Positions 51,278-60,104 of a DNA stretch of 64,000 nucleotides are shown here, piece by piece. Under the pieces are notes generated by a model. It was not told the DNA's origin. It saw nothing but the letters and a program-made list of their open reading frames with translations, and made no database searches. The position numbers and the translations under genes were made by a program. Each line of letters opens with the position of its first letter. The stretch's first letter is position 1. Origin of the DNA: Candidatus Poribacteria bacterium (GTDB lineage: Bacteria; Poribacteria; WGA-4E; PCPOR2b); contig OZ242326.1 in assembly GCA_965208325.1 (NCBI GenBank), positions 4,192,001 through 4,256,000 of the forward strand, in the 5' to 3' direction.

Positions 51278-52156
51278 ATGAAGATGATGAAATCCACCTT
51301 TAGCTTGGCGATTATTCTTTATCTTTGTGTCTATCTGACGGGTGCGCCGTTCGTACTCACTGCTTCCGCAAAGATTACGCCGATAGATGTGGATGAACCG
51401 ACACACTTTTACGAGATTCAGAAAGGCGATACGCTCTGGCATCTCGCGAAAAAATACCGAAAAGATGCGCTGTTGTGGATGGAGTTCAAGAAATATAACA
51501 TTTTTACCAACCCGAATCTGATTTATCCGAAGGAAATGCTGCAGGTCAAAAACGGTTGGGGATTCCCCGGCGATGAGCCGGTAATGATGGAAGAGCCGCC
51601 AATGGTGGAAGAGGGTCCGTCCGAGATGGACATGCTCAAGATGAGCATGGACGAGAAATTGGATTCTATGTCGAAGGCGATAATGAAGCTCAAACACAAG
51701 GCGGGTGAATCCCACGAACACCACAAGAAGCTAAGCGGAGATGTCGGCAAAATCAAAGGTATGCTTAAAGCGCACGACAAAGCATTAGAGGGGCTGAGTA
51801 AAGCCGCCATGTCGCACGCTGAAGAGACCAAGAAGGGGTTGTCGAAGGTTAAGGGCAAGATTAAAGACTTGAACAACGACCTGAACGCAAAGGCTGAGAA
51901 GCTGGGCGAGAAGCAGGCAAAGACGATGATGATGCTCGGCGAGACGACGGAAGCCATGAACAGCGAATTCGCCAAAAATGCGGAGCGGGTCGACAAGCTC
52001 CAAGCCGGCGTTGATGAGATTCATTCGGAACTTCACCACTGGAGAGGTGAATACAGAGATTCAACGAGCACGGAACGTACGCTGGGCGCGCTAGCAATCT
52101 TGGCTGGCGGGATTGCAGTGTTTACACTGAATTCGCTCGGTGAAAGTCTCGATTAA
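51278..52156 (+). CDS. LysM domain + coiled coil + C-terminal TM protein
   Basis: Signal peptide, YEIQKGDTLWHLAKKY...NPNLIYP, long heptad region and hydrophobic tail; AAAGGAG RBS. Confidence 0.8.
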   Translation: MKMMKSTFSLAIILYLCVYLTGAPFVLTASAKITPIDVDEPTHFYEIQKGDTLWHLAKKYRKDALLWMEFKKYNIFTNPNLIYPKEMLQVKNGWGFPGDEPVMMEEPPMVEEGPSEMDMLKMSMDEKLDSMSKAIMKLKHKAGESHEHHKKLSGDVGKIKGMLKAHDKALEGLSKAAMSHAEETKKGLSKVKGKIKDLNNDLNAKAEKLGEKQAKTMMMLGETTEAMNSEFAKNAERVDKLQAGVDEIHSELHHWRGEYRDSTSTERTLGALAILAGGIAVFTLNSLGESLD

Positions 52157-52183
52157 GGCGAAGTATTACACCAGTAAAAATTT

Positions 52184-52242
52184 GCAGGGGCGGTGCCGGA
52201 GGCATGAGGATGTGCTCGGGTGCGTTGTCCCTGCTTTTTTTT
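52184..52242 (+). terminator. Probable terminator
   Basis: GCAGGG...CCCTGC stem followed by T8. Confidence 0.5.
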
Positions 52243-52269
52243 ACCTGTTAACCGGCGACAACGTTGCAT

Positions 52270-52670
52270 GACGCAAGCGGGGCAAGATGCCCCGCCTACA
52301 GTTGGAGTAGGGGCAAGAAGTCCCGGCTACGGTGGGAGTAGGGGCAAGATGCCCCGCCTACGGTTGACGTAGGCGCAAGATGCCTCGGTTACGATGGGAG
52401 TAAGGTGTTGTAGTTCGATGTTTCATCGGGAAAGCCGGGTAGGATGCCTCGCCTCGTGTGGGAGGCTGTTCGCCGGCGGCATTATGGTAGTATTAGGGCG
52501 TGTTGACGTGTGTATGGAACCCTCTGTCGTAGCGGATCAACCGAGTGAATAGCGAGGGCGATAGTGTTTCTCAGGTCACCCTGCCCAGAGATCGACCGCT
52601 GGCACGAAACTCCCAACCATATAGATATGGTTGGGAAAAGAGGGTTGGGTAACCCAACCCCTACGAATGG
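52270..52670. repeat. Degenerate repeat cluster with ~31-bp GTAG...CTAC units
   Basis: GGGGCAAGATGCCCCGCCTAC variants in tandem, a GATCAAC..GGCGATAGT module and GGGTTGGGTAACCCAACCCCTAC. Confidence 0.8.
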
Positions 52671-52682
52671 TCTTGGGGGGGA

Positions 52683-53306
52683 ATGCTACAAGAAATCGAT
52701 AGGTATTGGGACGGAATGCATTCGGAAGGATTAGACTGCACAATCACAAAATTCATTGAACTCTACGGCGACCGCACCGGACAGAAGGGCGATGGCGTGC
52801 ACGGCGGGGCGGCGTGGATAGGCGGCGAAAAATTCGTGCTGCTCGCGTCGGGCGGGGAAAATGCTCCCGATGCGGCGGATTGGCGGCGCATGTCTCGGCT
52901 GGCAGCGCTGGCGCAACACCTTCGGCGTCCGGTGCTTCTGTGGGATATGCCGCTGCAGGTTGTCGCGACGGCGTTGCAAAAGCAGCCGCTGGTGATTAAT
53001 GAGGCGATTCAGGATTGTAAATTGGCGCTGTTAAGGATGCGCGTTCCAGTCATTAGCGTCTTCAAGGAACGCTTTCCGGTTGTGTTGGCGCCGGAGATCG
53101 CCATGGTCGATGGCGCGGTGATAGTGTCGGATCATCCGGAGTTGCTCGCCTCAATAAGCGAAGATTTGCCGCCTATCACGATGGCTCGCAATGGGAAACA
53201 CAACCTGACGCAGGAAATTTTGGCGCTTTTTGAAGGGGTATCGAAAATCGGCGGGGTGGATTTGGAGCGGCGGCGCGTCGAACAGATTCGGAAAATCACG
53301 ATGTAA
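52683..53306 (+). CDS. Divergent AccA-like (carboxyltransferase alpha) protein lacking catalytic motifs
   Basis: FIELYGDR, GG, RL..LA....RPV, EAI...LLRMRVPVISV and DLERRR are collinear with AccA; DTPGA and GEGGSGG are absent. Confidence 0.65.
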   Translation: MLQEIDRYWDGMHSEGLDCTITKFIELYGDRTGQKGDGVHGGAAWIGGEKFVLLASGGENAPDAADWRRMSRLAALAQHLRRPVLLWDMPLQVVATALQKQPLVINEAIQDCKLALLRMRVPVISVFKERFPVVLAPEIAMVDGAVIVSDHPELLASISEDLPPITMARNGKHNLTQEILALFEGVSKIGGVDLERRRVEQIRKITM

Positions 53307-53492
53307 AGAGATTGAATTACGGGTGCATTTGTGTTAACATAGGTGGCGCGGTTAGGGAGTCGAAAAGGGTTGCCCCTACAACCGCGCGTAGCCGAAGCGG
53401 ACATTCAAAAATGGTCGCATTAGGTTGCGGAAAACCCAATGATTCGCATCCTTATTTCCGTTTTCCACTGGGGAAAGTGGTAGATTCCTCTC

Positions 53493-54119
53493 ATGCTAGA
53501 ACGTATGTTCAGAGGCAAAATCAGTGTGTTTCTTTCGCTCGTTGCGAGGAAGTTGGTGTCAATTGGCGTGACGGCGAACATGATTACCTTGATCGGCTTT
53601 TGCGTTAATGTACTTGCGGCATTCTTTTTGGCGACCGGGCGGCTTGTGCTTGCGGGTGTATTGATATTGTTCGGCGGCACTTTCGATATGTTGGATGGCG
53701 CGGCGGCTCGCGCGGCGCCCAAATCTAGCGAATCGGGCGCGTTGTTGGATTCGGTGGTTGACCGGTATTCGGAGGGAGCGGTCTTTCTCGGAGCGCTCAT
53801 CTACTTCTATGTAAACGAAAAGCTTAACGGCGTCGTCCTGGTTTTTGCCGCCATGATTGGATCAATCCTTGTGAGCTACGTCCGTGCCCGTGCGGAAGGG
53901 CTGCGAATCGAATGCAAGGTTGGATTTATGCAACGTCCGGAGCGAATCGCGGTCTTGGCGTTCGGTACTTTGATGCAGGGTCTGGTTGGAAACCACTTCC
54001 AAGTCGTCCAGTCAAGCGGGCTGGTTCTCATCGCTGTAATTGCTATTCTCGCCATTACCTCCCACATCACTGCCGTCCACCGGCTTGTTTTTTCTCTTTG
54101 TGAATTGAGTGATCGATGA
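53493..54119 (+). CDS. CDP-alcohol phosphatidyltransferase family protein
   Basis: NMIT, DMLDGAAAR...GALLDSVVDR signature, VSYVRARAE and RPER. Confidence 0.93.
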   Translation: MLERMFRGKISVFLSLVARKLVSIGVTANMITLIGFCVNVLAAFFLATGRLVLAGVLILFGGTFDMLDGAAARAAPKSSESGALLDSVVDRYSEGAVFLGALIYFYVNEKLNGVVLVFAAMIGSILVSYVRARAEGLRIECKVGFMQRPERIAVLAFGTLMQGLVGNHFQVVQSSGLVLIAVIAILAITSHITAVHRLVFSLCELSDR

Positions 54120-54144
54120 ATTGATGCGATGTCCGAGATGAGTG

Positions 54145-54325
54145 AGCCGCGAGTCGGAGATTGGAAGTGAAGACTATCGCCTTCGCTATTCGCTCAGTTG
54201 CCCCCCCTCAGTCCCCCCTTGGTAAGGGGGGAGGTTTAGGTGCGCGGCTTGGTAAAGGGGAAGGATTGTGCGCGCGGCGTCGAATCATTCCCCTGCTTAC
54301 GAAGGAGGGGTTAGGGGAGGTTGTA
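54145..54325. repeat. Modular repeat cluster
   Basis: AAGACTATCGCCTTCGCTATTCG module and CCCCCCTCAGTCCCCCCTTGGTAAGGGGGGA, identical to the copy at 16121. Confidence 0.85.
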
Positions 54326-54423
54326 GATGGTGTGCTGGGGATTGGAGAAGAATATTGACCTGCAAGGGATTGAAGATGGTTAAGCAAGGGAGCGGGGTTG
54401 TTTTTTTGGCGGCGCTGAAGGTG

Positions 54424-55455
54424 TTAGGCGCTTAATGTGTGTATTTCCGGGTCGTTAATGTGATCCGAAATTTTCTGGTCAATCGCATTCACCTGTTCGG
54501 TGAGTTTACGGTGTGCCGCACTCATTTCTTCGCGGAGGTCGTCTATCCGACTGTTGGTATCGTCAATTCGGCTGATAGTCTCATCAATCCGACTGTCAAT
54601 ACCATCAATGCGTTTGTCTAGGAAATCACGCATGACTGTCGACGCCGCATACATTTCTTCCTTGGTTGGCACATTCGCAAACTTCGCATCAAGCAGCTTT
54701 TCAAAATGCTCAGATCTCGCAATTGACGATTTATCGAGTTGTTCAATGCGATCATCTGAAGATTTTTCGAGCTGGGCAATGAGTTTGTTTGTCGATTCTT
54801 CAGAGTGTGCAATCCCAGCATTTAAAGACTTATCGAGTTGTTCGATGAGTTTGTTTGTCGATTCTTCAGAGTCTGCAATCCGGTCATTTAAAGATTTATC
54901 GAGATGCGCAATGAGATTGTTTGACGTTTCTTCATAGTGTTCAATGCGATCATTTATAGATTTGTCGAGTTGCTCGTAGCGGGCATTTAAGGAATTTACG
55001 AGCAGTTCAAAGCGATCATTTATGGATTTGTCGAAATGCTCGAAACGCGCATTTATGGAATTTTCGAATATTTCCAAGCGATCATTTATAGATTTGTCGA
55101 CATGCTCGAAACGAGCATTTATGGAATTTTCGAATATTTCAAGCCGATCATTTATGGAGTTTTCGAATATTTCAAATCGCGCATTTAATGAATTTTCAAA
55201 TATTTTCAAGCGATCATTTATAGATTTGTCAACATGCTCAAATCGAGCGTTTATGGAGTTTTCGAATATTTCCAAGCGATCATTTATGGATTTGTCGAAT
55301 ATTTCTAAGCGAGCATTTAAGGAGTTTTCAAACTGTTCAAACCGTTTATCGAGGCGTCCGAAAAAGAAGTTTAGTACGCCGATAACCAACCCGCCGCCCG
55401 CAACGATCGGCACCGCAATTGCCGTGATGATTTTGACAACGTCGATCCAACTCAT
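54424..55455 (-). CDS. Membrane-anchored coiled-coil protein with about 20 tandem 11-aa repeats (Bdr-like)
   Basis: N-terminal TM helix; INDRLEIFENS/INARFEHVDKS repeats; PTKEEM. GGAGG RBS supports ATG 55455; TGTGGTATAAT upstream. Confidence 0.82.
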   Translation of the reverse strand: MSWIDVVKIITAIAVPIVAGGGLVIGVLNFFFGRLDKRFEQFENSLNARLEIFDKSINDRLEIFENSINARFEHVDKSINDRLKIFENSLNARFEIFENSINDRLEIFENSINARFEHVDKSINDRLEIFENSINARFEHFDKSINDRFELLVNSLNARYEQLDKSINDRIEHYEETSNNLIAHLDKSLNDRIADSEESTNKLIEQLDKSLNAGIAHSEESTNKLIAQLEKSSDDRIEQLDKSSIARSEHFEKLLDAKFANVPTKEEMYAASTVMRDFLDKRIDGIDSRIDETISRIDDTNSRIDDLREEMSAAHRKLTEQVNAIDQKISDHINDPEIHTLSA

Positions 55456-55554
55456 TCCGATTACCTCCATTTCATGATATTATACCACAATGCCGCCCAA
55501 AATGTCGAGTTTTCGTATGTTGGGTTGAGGGATTGACGGCGTATGTGTTGAGTG

Positions 55555-56600
55555 CACCGCGATTCGGAGATTGACCGTACGGGTTGTTGGCAGAGGTTGA
55601 AGGTAGTGTGTTGGGAAGGAGAGTAGACTGTCTGAACTGTGATTTGTGTGATTAAATGATGGGCTGTGATTGAAGGAATTAACTGGTGCTGGCGGCGATG
55701 TGGGTGTTTGGGAGTCAATTGGGATGGGAGAGGTTTTAAAAGAGTTGGGTTTCGCTCGATTCATCGGGTTTTGTGCGTGGATAGATTGACGATGGCGGTT
55801 CGTTTAATTGTGCGGTTTTTGGGTGAACTCGCTCTACCCAACCTACAAGAGCGACTGCTACTTTGCGGACGGCACACGGAGTGTGCCTGCTACTTTATCG
55901 CGGCTGGAAGCCGCTCTCACAGGGGCTGGTTTTTGGAAGGTGTGAGGGGATTGGGATTGGTGATGCTGTCTGAAATGTGATTTGTGTGATTAAATGATGG
56001 GCTGTGATTGAAGGAATTAACTGGTGCTGGCGGCGGTGTGGGTGTTTGGGCGTCAACTGGGATGGGTGAGGTTTTAAAAGAGTTGGGTTTCGCTCGATTC
56101 ATCGGGTTTTGTGCGTGGATAGATTGACGATGGCGGTTCGTCTTATTGGTCGGTTTTTGGGTGAAACCGCTCTACCCAACCTACAAGAGCGACTGCTACT
56201 TTGCGGACGGCACACGGAGTGTGCCTGCTACTTTATCGCGGCTGGAAGCCGCTCCCACAGGGGCTGGTTTTTGGAAGTTTGGAGGGGATTGGGATTGGCG
56301 ATGCTGTCTGAACTGTGATTTGTGTGATTAAATGATGGGCTGTGATTGAGGGAATTGATTGGTGTTCGCGGCGGTGTGGGTGTTTGGGAGTCATTTGGGA
56401 TGGGTGAGGTTTTAAAAGAGTTGGGTTTCGCTCGATTCATCGGGTTTTGTGCGCGGTTAGATTGACCGGGGCGGTTCGTTTAATTGTGCGTTTTTTGGGT
56501 GAATCCGCTCTACCCAACCTACAAGAGCGACTGCTACTTTGCGGACGGCACACGGAGTGTGCCTGCTACTTTATCGCGGCTGGAAGCCGCTCCCACAGGA
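55555..56600. repeat. Three tandem 338-bp modular units
   Basis: GCGGACGGCACACGG anchors at about 55865, 56203 and 56541. Confidence 0.95.
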
Positions 56601-56650
56601 GAAGGAATTTGGCAGGTTGGGTTTGCAGTTGTCGAAACGAGGTATGATTT

Positions 56651-58588
56651 TTGAGTAAGTTCACTCTAGTCGAAAAGCAAAAGGCGAATGACATCCCACT
56701 CCGAATCTTGGTGATTGGCATCTTCTTCGCTCTGGTAAATGCGTATTGGGTTTCGACAAATGATTTGCTGATTGGTCTCGTTCACAACTATATGTCGCTG
56801 TTCAGCAACGCGGTTTTCACGCTGTTTCTACTGGTGTTGCTGAATTCCCTTCTAAAGAAATACCTTCCGAGGCTTGCATTTAGAGCCGCCGACTTACTGG
56901 TGATTTATGTGATGACCGTAATGGTTACGACCTTTGCGGGGAATCGAATGAACCGGTTTGTCGGACTGCTCTCCCACCCTTACTGGTTTGCCACGCCGGA
57001 AAATGACTGGCGAAACTTGTTCTGGCGATATATCCCGCCTTGGTTTACGGTCAAGGATGAGCATGCGTTGAGCGCCCTTTATCACGGCGATACGACGTTT
57101 TTTAGCCGCGCAAACTTTATGCCTTGGTTGGGGCCGATTGTCTATTGGTCGGCGTTTCTGATTGTGTTGTACGTCGTCCTGATCTGCATCAATACGTTGA
57201 TACGCAAGCAATTTACGGAACATGAGAGGCTGACCTACCCCGTTACCTGGCTGCCGCTGGAGATGGCGAAGGACATCACGTTTTTTCTGAAGAATAGGCT
57301 GATGTGGGCGGGTTTCGGCATTGCAGCGGCAATTGGCATTCTGAATGGACTGAGCGTGTTATTTCCGTCGCTTCCGGATATTCCTGTCGGGTGGACATCA
57401 ATTCATTTCCGGGAGAAACCGTGGAGCTACATGGGCGGCACCCGAATTTCGTTCCAGCCGTTTGTGATTGGGCTTTCGTATTTCATGCCGCTGGATCTCG
57501 CCTTTTCTGCTTGGTTTTTCTATTTCCTAAAGAAATTCACGCAGTTGACACTTGGGGCGACCATGGGTTGGCGCAACCTTTACTTCCCCGAACAGGCTCA
57601 AGGCGCATGGAGCGGGTTGGGTATTCTGGCGCTCTGGGTCGGACGCAGGCATCTAAAGCGGGTTTTCACGCAGGTATTCACGCGCAAGCGGGTTATTGAC
57701 GACGCTAAAGAACCGATGTCGTATCGGACCGCGGTATTTGGCGTCGTCGCCGGCATAATTTTTCTCCTGTTTTTTGCGTACAAAGCCGGGCTTTCGTTGT
57801 GGATTATTTTGGTGTTTTTTGTAATTTACGTATGCAGCGCCCTCGGTGTGAACAAGATTAGAGCCGGGCTTGGTGTAGCGGTGCATGAGTTGCTGTGGGT
57901 CGACCCCGGTGAGACGATGGTTAGCTCGATGGGAACACGGACGTTTGGCGCACGAAATCTGACGGTGCTTTCATTTCTATTTGTGCTGAATCGGGATCAG
58001 CCCGGCCACCCGATGCCGAACCAACTGGAAGCGTTTCGCATCGGCGAGCAGGCTAACATCCATCCGAGAAAACTGGCCTGGGCGATAATTTTAACGTGCG
58101 CCATCGGGATACCGGTGACCTTTGTGATATTTTTCAACCATCTGTATCAACAGGGGGCTGAAAATTCGACGGGTACGATTTTCATGCCCATAGGGAGAGA
58201 AGGGTTTACCCAGCGGCTGCAGATTTGGCTAACGAATCCGACGGGGCATGATTATGCGGCGGCGGGTTTCATGGGGTTTGGCTTCGCTATGACGGGGATT
58301 CTGTTAGTTATGAAGATGCGGTTTCTGTGGTGGCCGTTTCACCCCGTGGGTTATGTGTTGGGATCGAGCCCGGCGGAGATGATATATATCTGGGTACCGG
58401 TGCTGATTAGTTGGTGCCTGAAGTTTGCCATCCTTCGGTACGGCGGGTTGCGGGCGTATCGCAGCGCATTGCCGTTTTTTGTGGGTTTGATATTAGGGGA
58501 TTATTCATTGGGATGCTTTTGGAGTATTGTCGGGGCGGTGTTCAGGATTCCGGTGTATAATATGGGTTGGCATCCGGTGACATCGTGA
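56651..58588 (+). CDS. Polytopic membrane protein, DUF6785/DUF6784-like (possible transporter)
   Basis: 645 aa with many TM helices; ATPENDW, EHERLTYP, WWPFHPVGY and PFFVGLILGD motifs. Confidence 0.75.
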   Translation: MSKFTLVEKQKANDIPLRILVIGIFFALVNAYWVSTNDLLIGLVHNYMSLFSNAVFTLFLLVLLNSLLKKYLPRLAFRAADLLVIYVMTVMVTTFAGNRMNRFVGLLSHPYWFATPENDWRNLFWRYIPPWFTVKDEHALSALYHGDTTFFSRANFMPWLGPIVYWSAFLIVLYVVLICINTLIRKQFTEHERLTYPVTWLPLEMAKDITFFLKNRLMWAGFGIAAAIGILNGLSVLFPSLPDIPVGWTSIHFREKPWSYMGGTRISFQPFVIGLSYFMPLDLAFSAWFFYFLKKFTQLTLGATMGWRNLYFPEQAQGAWSGLGILALWVGRRHLKRVFTQVFTRKRVIDDAKEPMSYRTAVFGVVAGIIFLLFFAYKAGLSLWIILVFFVIYVCSALGVNKIRAGLGVAVHELLWVDPGETMVSSMGTRTFGARNLTVLSFLFVLNRDQPGHPMPNQLEAFRIGEQANIHPRKLAWAIILTCAIGIPVTFVIFFNHLYQQGAENSTGTIFMPIGREGFTQRLQIWLTNPTGHDYAAAGFMGFGFAMTGILLVMKMRFLWWPFHPVGYVLGSSPAEMIYIWVPVLISWCLKFAILRYGGLRAYRSALPFFVGLILGDYSLGCFWSIVGAVFRIPVYNMGWHPVTS

Positions 58589-58604
58589 TAGGGGTGGTAG
58601 GATT

Positions 58605-58897
58605 GAAAAGCGTTGGGTTTCGCTCGATTCATCGGGTTTTGTGCGTGGATAGACTGACGATGGCGGTTCGTTTAATTGTGCGTTTTTTGGGTGAATCCGC
58701 TCTACCCAACCTACAGGAGCGACTGCTACTTTGCGGACGGCACACGGAGTGTGCCTGCTACTCTATCGCGGCTGGAAGCCGCTCCCACAAGGGATGATTA
58801 TTGGGAGGTAGGAAAGAAATGCGATTTTCGATGCAACCGAACCTACAGGAGCGACTGCTACTTTGCGGACGGCACACGGAGTGTGCCTGCTACTTTA
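58605..58897. repeat. Partial copy of the 338-bp unit
   Basis: Near-identical to the matching parts of the 55555-56600 units (e.g. 56420-56598), in the same orientation. Confidence 0.92.
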
Positions 58898-58998
58898 GCT
58901 AGGAAAGCAGCGGAAATGATTTTGGATGTGGTAAACCGCGTTGGAATATCTCACGTTTACGGGTTTGAGAATCTGAAAGTAATGAGGAGAACCAAGTA

Positions 58999-60093
58999 AT
59001 GAAACGAATCAAACAACTTGTTTATGCAGCAGTCAGCTTGTGCATGGCAGCGGGATTGTGCTCGCCTGTTTTCGCCGGGGCTGGGCGAACCGGCGCACAA
59101 ATTCTCGACCTTGGCGGCGGGACGCGTGCGGCGGCGCTGGGCGATGCCTTTTCTGCGGTTGACGGCGATGTCACCGCAGCGTTTTGGAATCCAAGCGGCT
59201 TGGGAATAATCCAAGACACACAGGCTGCGATTTCGTATATGGACTATAGTCAACTTTTTGGTGAAGCGAGTGCGGGGTTATACTACGCTTTTTTCGCCGG
59301 TGCCATGCCGCTCGGTGCGTCGGGAACGCTCGGCACAACGCTTCAAATACAGGGGCAAGGCGAGGTTGCAATTACGACGGATTCACCGCTAATAGAGCGG
59401 TATGAGAACCTTGGGACGAATTGGGCATGGACGGTGTCTTACGCGGACATGTTGGCAAACGGATTGTCAGCGGGCATCAGCGGTAAGATAATTCAGATGA
59501 AATTGGGACGTTACGCTGGGCGCGCTTACGCGATTGACTTCGGCGCACAATACAATCTCCAGCTTCCAGATTTCATGCCGCCGGTGCGCATTGGCGCTGC
59601 TGTACAAAATTGGGGCACGGAGATTGCTTTCATTGACGCAAATCAGAGCGACCCGCTGCCACGTAAGTTCCGGCTGGGAACCGCGGTAACAATCTATGAA
59701 GCAGGGTATCATGACCTACGGCTCATCGGCGATTTGACTGCGTTTATTGATAAGCTGAAAGAGGACGACGAAGAAGGGGTACAGGCGTTTATTGAGGCGA
59801 ATCCGGAGGTCACACGCGATCAACTTCTCGCCGACCGAGGCGTTGGCAGGCATGCGTTTGAGTGGCGGCACATGCAGAAGAGCGTTGGCATAGAGTATTG
59901 GTTGAGTAACCTGCTGGCGCTGCGAGTCGGTTACAAAACCGAACCCGGCATAAACCGCCCGGATTTTTCAGATCATATCACGTACGGTTTGGGTGTGCGT
60001 TTGTTGAATTATCAGTTTGATTATGCCCGCGTGCCCGGCGGTGGACCGAACAATCAGCGCCTCAATGTGTTTGCGTTGGTGTTGCGGTTTTAG
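58999..60093 (+). CDS. PorV/PorQ family outer-membrane beta-barrel
   Basis: Signal peptide, ILDLGGGTRAAALGDAF...FWNPSGL, AIDFGAQY, QSDPLP, GIEY, FDYA and terminal LVLRF. Confidence 0.87.
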   Translation: MKRIKQLVYAAVSLCMAAGLCSPVFAGAGRTGAQILDLGGGTRAAALGDAFSAVDGDVTAAFWNPSGLGIIQDTQAAISYMDYSQLFGEASAGLYYAFFAGAMPLGASGTLGTTLQIQGQGEVAITTDSPLIERYENLGTNWAWTVSYADMLANGLSAGISGKIIQMKLGRYAGRAYAIDFGAQYNLQLPDFMPPVRIGAAVQNWGTEIAFIDANQSDPLPRKFRLGTAVTIYEAGYHDLRLIGDLTAFIDKLKEDDEEGVQAFIEANPEVTRDQLLADRGVGRHAFEWRHMQKSVGIEYWLSNLLALRVGYKTEPGINRPDFSDHITYGLGVRLLNYQFDYARVPGGGPNNQRLNVFALVLRF

Positions 60094-60104
60094 GGATTGT
60101 CGTT

